Below are positions 9,071 through 17,174 of a stretch of DNA of 29,301 nucleotides, in pieces. The notes below the pieces were generated by a model, which did no database searches, had not been told where the DNA came from, and worked only from the letters and a program-made list of their open reading frames with translations. The stretch spans positions 1-29,301 of the forward strand of contig CAZGJX010000047.1 of NCBI GenBank assembly GCA_964525635.1, in the 5' to 3' direction. The stretch's first letter is position 1; each line of letters opens with the position of its first letter. The stretch comes from an uncultured archaeon (GTDB taxonomy: Archaea > Asgardarchaeota > Lokiarchaeia > Sigyniarchaeales > SOKP01). A program made the position numbers and the translations under genes.

Positions 9071-11920
9071 ATGTTAAAATATGAAAACAGGAGAGTATTG
9101 AGTATTATTTCTATTATTATCTTGGTTTCTAGTGTTTCTATAGGTGTAATTAATTTAACTATAGGACCAACATCTAGTTCAAATATACAGATTGCAGATA
9201 CTGCAAATGATGATTGGTTATATGTACAAGGAAATCGTATAGTTGATGCACAGGGTAATGTAGCACTTCTCTCGGGTATAAATTGGTTTGGATTTGAAAC
9301 ATCTACGCAAGGATTTGACGGTTTATGGCAGGTAAGACTGGATGACTCTTTAGATATGATGGCAGATCTTGGATTTAATTTACTACGTCTTCCTTTATGT
9401 GTTCAATTAGTAACAGAGTGGATTAATGGGAACATTCCCTTAGCAGGAAGTATAAATACTTGGGTAAATGCAGATATTGTTGGTATCACTAGTCTTGAAC
9501 TTCTAGATATGGCAATAGAATATTGTGATTCAATTGGAATGAAAGTTATGCTTGATATGCATAGAGTTGTTAATAGCCATATGACGAATCTTTGGTATTA
9601 TGATGACTATACTTATCAAGATTGGTTGAATGCATGGGATTTTCTTACCGAGAGATATGCTGGAAATGATGCTGTTGTAGCAATGGATGTATTCAATGAA
9701 CCTCATGGTAACCCTACTCAATATCCTGAAGATGAGGTAGCTAAATGGGATGGTTCCAGTGATACAAATAATTGGAAAAAAGCTGTAGAAGATGTATCCG
9801 CAATTATTCATGCTCGAAATCCAAATGTTCTTATTGTAGTTGAAGGTATAGAATGTTATCCAAAATCAGGATATGATTATTCTTCAAATGATCCAGATGC
9901 CTATTATTATAATTGGTGGGGTGGAAATTTAAGAGCAGTAGCAGATTATCATATTAATATAGGAAGACAAGATAAACTTCTATATTCTCCTCATGACTAC
10001 GGTGCAAGTGTATTTGCACAACCTTGGTTTTACCCTGGATTCAATAAGGACACACTTTACAATGACGTTTGGCGAGATAATTGGTATTATATTGTAGAGA
10101 ATGGAGTTACTCCATTATTAATAGGAGAATGGGGTGGACCTCTAAGTGGTGATACACAGATATGGATGGAAGCCATTGCAGAATTTATGGATGAGATGAA
10201 TATACACCAAACTTTTTGGTGTTTTAATCCTAATTCTGGTGATACTGGAGGTATTGTAGGTAATGATTGGGCAACTATAGATCAGGCAAAATATAATACA
10301 ATTGAAAGAGTATTATGGAAAGATAATTCTGGAAGATATGTATCTCTTGATCATGCAAGAGGACTTGGTAGTAGTGGTACTAATATCGTTGAATATTATG
10401 CTAATGGTAATCCACCTCCTTTACCTGGAGGAGGAGATGATCCTGTTGATATAACTCCTCCTGCTACTCCTACAGGACTCAGTGCTGCAACAATAAGTTC
10501 CTCACAGATTAACTTGGATTGGAATGATAATACAGAATCAGACTTAGTAAATTATCGCATCTATCGTAGTACAAGTGCCAGCGGTACTTATACATATATA
10601 GATCAAACCACTTCCAGCTCATATTCTAGTACAGGATTAAGTGCAAGTACAACTCACTATTATAGAGTTAGTGCTGTTGATACAAGCGGTAATGAAAGTC
10701 CACAAACCAATTATGCAAGTGCAACTACTCAATCAGGTGGAACTACAGGAGTTTCAACAAGCGATAAATGGGGAACAATCGAAATTATGGGCGGAGAATA
10801 TATTGTACAAAACAATGTTTGGGGAACAGATACTTTACAGGAAATAACAGTACCAGATACAAATATAGCTAGCTTTGAAGTTACTATCTCTGAACACAAT
10901 CAAGGCAGTGTAGCTTCCTATCCTTCCATATTCAAAGGAGCCCATTGGGGTACAATTACAAACGGCTGGACCTCATATAGAGTAAATGAACTGCAATCCG
11001 CTTCCTATAGTTGGAGTGTAAGTGGTGTAGGTGTTTCAGGCACATATAATGTTGCTGCTGAAGCCTGGTTAGGTCCAAATCTCAACACAACTGATGGATA
11101 TAATGGCGGTGCCGAATTGATGATTTGGCTAGATAGTCAAGGTATGGTCCCAGCAGGGTCTCAAATTGGTACATTTGGTCAATATCAGGTTTGGTATTCT
11201 GACATGGGCTGGAATTATGTATGTTACTATCAAACTGGTCAGAATTCTGCAAGTATTAATCTTATGGACTTTATTAATCATGCTATCTCACTTGGTTATG
11301 TTGATCCAACATGGTATCTACATGATATAGAAGCTGGTTTTGAATTAATGAGCAGTGGTGCCGGGCTTACTCTTGAATCATTCTCTGCCTCAGTTGAGGG
11401 CAACAGTGTACCTAATCCGCCAATTCTTAATTCTCCATCAAATATTAATTATCAAGTAGGAGATACGGGTAATTCAATTACTTGGACCGCAACAGATGAT
11501 AATCCATCAACCTATACAGTTATTCGAGGTACTGCTCAAGTAGCTTCTGGTTCATGGAGTTCTGGTAGCCCAATAACCGTAAGTGTTGATGGTCTATCAG
11601 AAGGTACCTATACCTATACTTGTACCGTCAATGATGCAGATGGATTATCTGATTTTGACTCTGTTACTGTAACTGTCAGTGATATAGGTCCTACCGAAGG
11701 AGGTGATGTGTGGTTTAATACAGTACCTTCACAATCTGTAGGAGGTGTTTTCTCTACAGAAATATATGTTGATACTGGAACTCAAAATCTGGCCGCATAT
11801 GGTTTTGAAATTACTTGGGATCCAAGTATCATTACAGTCCCACTTGGTATTGATGGTGTTGAAGCAGGCGCTGACGGGTTCCTAGCTGCTGCTAATGTTG
11901 ACAATAATGCTGTACTATGA
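9071..11920 (+). CDS. Secreted modular endoglucanase: signal/TM - GH5 - Pro/Gly linker - FN3 - GH12 - Ig-like - cohesin (first half); frameshifts into 11917-12303
   Basis: GH5: GINWFGFET, MLDMH, acid/base FNEPH (Glu codon 9698), YSPHDYG, nucleophile IGEWGG (10127). FN3: DITPPATPTGL...YYRVSAVDTSGNES. GH12: YIVQNNVWG, SYPSIFKG, GAELMIWL (Glu 11114), IEAGFE (Glu 11342). Cohesin start: FSTEIYVDTGTQNLAAYGFEITWDPSII. Confidence 0.92.
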   Translation: MLKYENRRVLSIISIIILVSSVSIGVINLTIGPTSSSNIQIADTANDDWLYVQGNRIVDAQGNVALLSGINWFGFETSTQGFDGLWQVRLDDSLDMMADLGFNLLRLPLCVQLVTEWINGNIPLAGSINTWVNADIVGITSLELLDMAIEYCDSIGMKVMLDMHRVVNSHMTNLWYYDDYTYQDWLNAWDFLTERYAGNDAVVAMDVFNEPHGNPTQYPEDEVAKWDGSSDTNNWKKAVEDVSAIIHARNPNVLIVVEGIECYPKSGYDYSSNDPDAYYYNWWGGNLRAVADYHINIGRQDKLLYSPHDYGASVFAQPWFYPGFNKDTLYNDVWRDNWYYIVENGVTPLLIGEWGGPLSGDTQIWMEAIAEFMDEMNIHQTFWCFNPNSGDTGGIVGNDWATIDQAKYNTIERVLWKDNSGRYVSLDHARGLGSSGTNIVEYYANGNPPPLPGGGDDPVDITPPATPTGLSAATISSSQINLDWNDNTESDLVNYRIYRSTSASGTYTYIDQTTSSSYSSTGLSASTTHYYRVSAVDTSGNESPQTNYASATTQSGGTTGVSTSDKWGTIEIMGGEYIVQNNVWGTDTLQEITVPDTNIASFEVTISEHNQGSVASYPSIFKGAHWGTITNGWTSYRVNELQSASYSWSVSGVGVSGTYNVAAEAWLGPNLNTTDGYNGGAELMIWLDSQGMVPAGSQIGTFGQYQVWYSDMGWNYVCYYQTGQNSASINLMDFINHAISLGYVDPTWYLHDIEAGFELMSSGAGLTLESFSASVEGNSVPNPPILNSPSNINYQVGDTGNSITWTATDDNPSTYTVIRGTAQVASGSWSSGSPITVSVDGLSEGTYTYTCTVNDADGLSDFDSVTVTVSDIGPTEGGDVWFNTVPSQSVGGVFSTEIYVDTGTQNLAAYGFEITWDPSIITVPLGIDGVEAGADGFLAAANVDNNAVL

Positions 11921-12303
11921 TGGTTTCTGGATTTGAAGCAAGTGGAGTTGGTCCTAATGATCAATTACACTTATTAACCATTACATGGGAAGCTGTTGCT
12001 GAAGGTGAAACTGTCTTAGATTTATCTATTGACCAATTAATAGATTCAGATTTAAGCACAGTTGGTATTCCTACTGCAATTGATGGTAATGTAGTTGTTT
12101 CTGCACACTTAAATGGTGATGTGAACCATGATGATACTGTTAATATTATTGATGCATTATTAATTTCTCAATATTATGTAGGACAGGATCCTCAACCATT
12201 TTATACTGATGTTGCTGATGTGAATCATGATGGATCTATTAATATCATAGATGCGTTGCTTGTTGCTCAATATTATGTAGGAGAAATTCCTGAACTTCCA
12301 TAA
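11917..12303 (+). CDS. C-terminal continuation of the cellulase: second half of cohesin plus type-I-like dockerin
   Basis: LHLLTITWEAVAEGETVLDLSIDQL completes the cohesin strands. Duplicated Ca-binding loop-helix: GDVNHDDTVNIIDALLISQYYVG / ADVNHDGSINIIDALLVAQYYVG. Adding one G at ~11912 (GCT GGT ACT ATG) fuses the two ORFs. Confidence 0.88.
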   Translation: MMVSGFEASGVGPNDQLHLLTITWEAVAEGETVLDLSIDQLIDSDLSTVGIPTAIDGNVVVSAHLNGDVNHDDTVNIIDALLISQYYVGQDPQPFYTDVADVNHDGSINIIDALLVAQYYVGEIPELP

Positions 12304-12351
12304 TGATACTGGAACGTAAAAAGACACTCAAAAAATAGTAAAATTAATTTC

Positions 12352-12363
12352 CTTTTTTTTTTT
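12352..12363 (+). terminator. Oligo-T terminator candidate after the dockerin ORF
   Basis: Run of 11 T about 50 bp after stop 12303; oligo-T tracts are the usual archaeal intrinsic terminators. Confidence 0.45.
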
Positions 12364-12542
12364 ATTATTAATTCTTCTAAAACTTAGAATAATAATTCCA
12401 GAAATTCTCTCTAAATTCCCACGTATATATATTTATTTTTAAAGAAAAAGGAATTTATTTCTTTTTTTAATACATATTAGGATTTCATTGACCTTAATTA
12501 GTTCTCAAGTAACATAGTTGTTTTTATATACTCTGATATAGA

Positions 12543-13427
12543 ATGGGGATTATGTCTTTAAGTACTCAATCAATGGACCATCTAAATAATAATCAAATGG
12601 AAAATAAAAAATCTAAATATAAAATATATCTTTCTTTGGCAAGTCACACATTAGTTATATCATATATCTTATTATTTATTTTAATTTGGGATAGAATTAA
12701 TGCTGTTTTTAATCAAGACGAGACTTATATTACTTTCCTTATAATTTTAGTTAGGATATCGATAACAATTTCCTTTGCTTTAATCTTGTTATCTAAATGG
12801 TTTAAACAAGAAGCTATCTATCTCTCGGATGCCTACTTCCTATTTTCAGTATTTCTTATAATCTTAATTATGGGAAAAGCAATGGATTTCTATATATCTC
12901 TAATATCTTTCAAAGAGACTTATAATCCAGATTATTTATTATGGCTATTTAAAGTAAGGTATAGTTTGATAATTTTAAATGGATTACCTTTGTTATATCT
13001 TGGGCTAGAGATCCTGATGAATCTTTTTAAGGTGTATATTAAGGAATTTTCAAGAAAACAATTCATTATATTAAGAATATCTATATTAGCTATCTATTCT
13101 ATCACTCTATTGCTATATACTCTTCTATCACCCTCCCTTGAACTTATTCTTAGTGTTTTACCTATCGTAACTACAATTACGATGATTGGAATTATTGTTT
13201 TGTTCATACTAATGTATAGAATCAAACGCTTATCGCAAGCTCATGGATTAATTATAGGACTGGGTTTTATATTAATCATCATTTCATCACTGCTAAGACC
13301 GTCTCTCACTAAAGGACTTGAATTGAGATCCCTGATCACTGCTGAACTAATTGATCAGATACTTTGCATCATTATATTTATAGGTTTTATTAAAAAACCT
13401 CCATATATTAAATCCATTATAAAATAA
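12543..13427 (+). CDS. Polytopic membrane protein (~8 TM), function unknown; may start leaderless at ATG 12552
   Basis: Eight hydrophobic segments, some with embedded charges (MGKAMD, FKVRY, AELID). TTTATATA at 12523-12530 is spaced for a transcript start near 12552. Confidence 0.8.
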   Translation: MGIMSLSTQSMDHLNNNQMENKKSKYKIYLSLASHTLVISYILLFILIWDRINAVFNQDETYITFLIILVRISITISFALILLSKWFKQEAIYLSDAYFLFSVFLIILIMGKAMDFYISLISFKETYNPDYLLWLFKVRYSLIILNGLPLLYLGLEILMNLFKVYIKEFSRKQFIILRISILAIYSITLLLYTLLSPSLELILSVLPIVTTITMIGIIVLFILMYRIKRLSQAHGLIIGLGFILIIISSLLRPSLTKGLELRSLITAELIDQILCIIIFIGFIKKPPYIKSIIK

Positions 13428-13439
13428 TTATTAAGGGGA

Positions 13440-13488
13440 TTTTGAATAACATTTAAGTGATTATTGGGATTAAGTTTAAAATTAATTA
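13440..13488 (+). repeat. 49-bp repeat A, copy 1 (gene 3' end)
   Basis: TTTTGAATAACATTTAAGTGATTATTGGGATTAAGTTTAAAATTAATTA matches 16774-16822 at 43/49 with no gaps. Confidence 0.8.
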
Positions 13489-13528
13489 AAAGATTTAATT
13501 AAGGATTTAATTAATTTAGTGGATTTAC

Positions 13529-13667
13529 TTGTACTTAAAATGAGTTTTTTTCAAGCCCGTGTCATTCCTACATATTCTTTCAATTCTTAAAAGTTGGGAT
13601 GACGAGACCAGTAGCTTTTTAGATATGAGCGATTTATTCAAAGCAAAAGAATTTATTATTTTGTTTT
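13529..13667 (+). repeat. Dispersed ~140-bp direct repeat B, copy 2
   Basis: ~88% identical to 8023-8162, same orientation. Confidence 0.95.
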
Positions 13668-13778
13668 TTCCCCCCAATTTTTTCTTATTATATTTTAAGA
13701 TTTAAATATTACCAAATTAATTATTATAATATAAAATTTATTTCCATAAAAATTAGAATGATAAAAAGTGATGAAAAA

Positions 13779-14289
13779 ATGCAAAAAAAACAATATATTT
13801 ATTTACTTTTAAGTGTGTAATAGGATTTTTCATTCTCCTAATCATTCCATACGGTAAATGTGCAAAAGTTTCAGATACTGTAGTTCTCAACTATAATCAA
13901 GAAGAGGCTGTTAAAATATACCCAAATTCAAAAGTTAAATGGTCATTTACAGGAACAAATCCAAACGTGAATATTACATTACATAGTTATTCGGAGAGTT
14001 GTTATCTTGCTTCTAGTTGGCATAGAATGGTCTCTGAAGGTCATGTCAGTGCCTCTGGTTCTTGGTCAGTCAGTATGCATCCAGTTTGTGATCAATCAGA
14101 AGAAGATGATGTTCCACCATTTTATTTCGTATTTGTAAATGAGGATCCCGATCAGGAAAGTACCAATGTTACTTATTCACTCAATGTTGATCCTCTTTTA
14201 TCTTCTATTTCCGGTATAATGGAATCATCATTATTTCAAGTATAGTTATGGTAGGAATGGTAGTACTTAAAAAGAAATATAAAAAATAA
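13779..14289 (+). pseudogene. Small secreted beta-rich protein with Loki-CTERM-like tail, broken by two frameshifts (contains track ORF 13967-14245)
   Basis: GTGAT then ATG 13779 MQKKQYIYLLLSV; an extra GT at ~13813-13818; then IGFFILLIIPYGKCAKVSDTVVL...VKWSFTGTNPNVNITL...FYFVFVNED...SSISG; one T missing at ~14216; then (Y)NGIIIISSIVMVGMVVLKKKYKK* (stop 14287-14289) and a long T tract. Confidence 0.8.
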
Positions 14290-14577
14290 GTAAATTTTAA
14301 CCTTTAATTTTTTTTTTTTTCAATATCTCTTTTTATTCTCATTTTAAGGGAACATTATATTATATAAGATGAATGCTTGAAGGAAAAAAAATCTATAATT
14401 ATGCAAATAAATAAATGTAACAATATTCTTTTTTAATCCATTGAAATAAAGATTAATTATACAAAACTAAGTTGATTATAATAATGTTTTAATGTTGTAA
14501 TTTTTCAAGAGATGAGTATATTCATCTACATCTAATATTTATATTGTTTTTTTAGATCAATTAAAATCGAAATAATA

Positions 14578-16779
14578 ATGTCTAATATTAATAAAAACCA
14601 AATAGAGAATCTAGTTTTACATGGAAGATATCAAGAAGCATTGAATATCCTTAATTCAATTGAAAAGCAGAGAACTTTACTAAATGACGAGAGTTTAATA
14701 AAAAAATATATATATATTTTTATATGTCTTGATAAAGGAGAGTTTGAGAGAGGAAGAATCCTTGCAGATGAAATGATTGCGGAATCTCAAAAAAATAAAA
14801 ATATTTTGCGAGAGATTGATGCACTTATTGCGAAGACCGAAAATACTATATGTTTAACTTTATTTAATGAATCATTTCAAATAATTGAAAAAGCAGAATC
14901 GATATTAAATAAAAATCAAGATTTACCTATTATAGAACGTAAGCGAAGAAAAGCTTATTTAATATATCTTAAAGGAAGAATATGTCAAGATACATATAAA
15001 ATACATAAGGGTATAAATTATTTTAAGAAGAGTTATAAAATTAGAAAAGAAATCAATGAAAAAACAGGAATGATTTGGTCTTTATTAAATATGGGTATAT
15101 TAACTATTATTATTGGAGATTTTCAAGAAAGTGAACAATATATTACTAAAAGTTTGAATTTAGCAGAAGAATTAGATATTGAGGTTGGTATTATATGGTG
15201 TCTAATTCATTTAGGATGGATTAAATATCATTTAAGAGACTTTAATGCTTTGAAGTCTTACGCAGATAGATGTCTATCAATATGTAAATTAAGAAATTAT
15301 AAATACGCACTAACATTTAGTTATGATCTTCTTGGACATTATTATCTTATCAAAGGAGATTTAAGTAATACCTTTTCCAATTTTAAGACTAGTTTGAATA
15401 TAAGAGAAGAAGAAGGATATAATCATTTACTTCCAAATTCATACTACAGTATTGGTGAAATTTATAGTCAAAAGGGTGAATTAAGAGAGAGTCTCATATA
15501 TTATAAAAAAGCTATAGATATACACATCGCTGATATTAAGGAGGTCTTTAGGCCAATATGCTTGAGTACGATAGGAAGAGTATATGCTGAACTTGGTGAT
15601 TTTCTTATTGCTGAGAAGTATTTATTAAAAGCTTTGGAGCTATTAAATGAAAAAAAGATAGTTAATTATCATTTTCAAAATTTTAGCATTTCAACTGCTA
15701 AAACGTATCATTGTTTGATTGTCCTCTCATTAAATAATAAAGAAACAAAAAATGCTAATTATTATATAAGTGAATTGCAAAAATATGCAATAAATCTTCC
15801 AAATAATACACAAATTCAACAAATATATCGTTTAGATGAAGCTTTAATATTAAAATCAAGTGATAAAATGAGAGATAATTTCATAGCAGGAATTATATTA
15901 AAAGAAATGATTGAAGAGGATATTATAGATCATGAAGTTGTTATTGAAGCTATGACAAATTTATGTGAAGTATTAATATACGAATTAGAGTTAACGGGCA
16001 ATAAAGATATACTTCAAGAAATAGAAGGATTTACTAATAAATTGCTTAATATTTCACTAAATCAATATTTATATAATTTACAGAGTGAAACATACCTTTT
16101 TAAAGCGAAAATATCTTTATTATACCTAAATTTTGATAATGCACGTCTATATTTAACAAAAGCTCAGAAAATTGCTGCAAAATATGACTTAAATCAATTA
16201 GCAAAAAGAATTTCTGAGGAACATGATTCTTTACTAAGAAATTTAGATGAATTGGAAAAAAAAGCGAATCAAGAGATATCATTACAAGAAAGAATTAAAA
16301 ATATTAGGTATGAATTTTTATTCTCCAAAATTCTTCGATCTAAAACTGAAGAATTAATGACCAAACCAGAAACAGCTATATATCTTGTGATACTAGGTGT
16401 TATTGACGGTCATTGTCTATATGAAAGATCATTTCAAGAAACTAATATCATGGATGGAAATCTTATAGCAGGCTTTATTTCAGCCATTAATTCTTTTGGA
16501 CAAGAAACATTTTCAACACTAGACACCATTGATCGTATAAAGCATGGAGATTTTTTTATTATTATTCAATCAAAAGATGATTTTTTATTTGGTTATGTAT
16601 TTAAAGGAGATTCATATCCTGCTATATCGAAATTAAATAATTTTGTAAAAAAGATATCAGAATTTAAAGATATTTATGAAAAATTATCTTTTTCTATTCA
16701 AAGTCATCTTGAAATTGCAGAAGACACTAAATTAAAAATAAATCAAGTAGCTGATAATATTTTTTTCAAGGAGTTTTGA
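14578..16779 (+). CDS. TPR-repeat protein with C-terminal longin/roadblock-like domain
   Basis: Repeated TPR helices (SLLNMGILT..GDFQESEQYITKSLNLAEE; SYYSIGEIYSQKGELRESLIYYKKAIDI). C-terminal YLVIL..DGHCLYERSF...LIAGFISAINSFGQETF...IDRIKHGDFFIII fits the Asgard longin-like pattern. Confidence 0.85.
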   Translation: MSNINKNQIENLVLHGRYQEALNILNSIEKQRTLLNDESLIKKYIYIFICLDKGEFERGRILADEMIAESQKNKNILREIDALIAKTENTICLTLFNESFQIIEKAESILNKNQDLPIIERKRRKAYLIYLKGRICQDTYKIHKGINYFKKSYKIRKEINEKTGMIWSLLNMGILTIIIGDFQESEQYITKSLNLAEELDIEVGIIWCLIHLGWIKYHLRDFNALKSYADRCLSICKLRNYKYALTFSYDLLGHYYLIKGDLSNTFSNFKTSLNIREEEGYNHLLPNSYYSIGEIYSQKGELRESLIYYKKAIDIHIADIKEVFRPICLSTIGRVYAELGDFLIAEKYLLKALELLNEKKIVNYHFQNFSISTAKTYHCLIVLSLNNKETKNANYYISELQKYAINLPNNTQIQQIYRLDEALILKSSDKMRDNFIAGIILKEMIEEDIIDHEVVIEAMTNLCEVLIYELELTGNKDILQEIEGFTNKLLNISLNQYLYNLQSETYLFKAKISLLYLNFDNARLYLTKAQKIAAKYDLNQLAKRISEEHDSLLRNLDELEKKANQEISLQERIKNIRYEFLFSKILRSKTEELMTKPETAIYLVILGVIDGHCLYERSFQETNIMDGNLIAGFISAINSFGQETFSTLDTIDRIKHGDFFIIIQSKDDFLFGYVFKGDSYPAISKLNNFVKKISEFKDIYEKLSFSIQSHLEIAEDTKLKINQVADNIFFKEF

Positions 16780-16822
16780 ATAAGATTTAAGTGGTTATTG
16801 CAATTAAGATTAAGATTAATTA
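16774..16822 (+). repeat. 49-bp repeat A, copy 2 (contains the TGA stop of the TPR gene)
   Basis: 43/49 identical to 13440-13488. Confidence 0.8.
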
Positions 16823-17174
16823 TATTTATTATTGTTATTTTTTTTTCCAAAATAATCATTATATTGCTTCTAGTGTTTGTTAAATTTTTATAAAAAATGG
16901 AAAAATGTGAAAAAAGAATCTAAAGATTATTTAAAGATTGAATTTGTTGATGTATTAAGGATAATATTTCTTCTCTATTTCCTTTAATTACTTTAATTTT
17001 AAATTGATACGATTTTTTTTCAAATTTAATTTTTACCTTAATAGATTTTTTTTTAATTTTAACTTTATCTATAGTTAAAGTATCCAATTTTATGGAGAAA
17101 TTAGATAATATTGAAAAAATAAAAGAATATTTAAATGCACGTCTTAAAGTATTTCTTTTAAAAAAAAAAAAGTT

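Noticed and set aside
9530-11964. Track ORFs 9530-9811 (-), 10641-10847 (+) and 11782-11964 (-)
   Set aside because: All lie within the well-supported cellulase gene in other frames.
11918-11977. Selenocysteine or stop read-through at the cellulase TGA
   Set aside because: In-frame read-through gives WFLDLKQVELVLMINYTY*, which is not cohesin; the domain continues in the shifted frame.
8023-16822. Repeats A and B as a CRISPR array or MITE
   Set aside because: Only two copies of each, kilobases apart; no regular spacers, cas genes or terminal inverted repeats.
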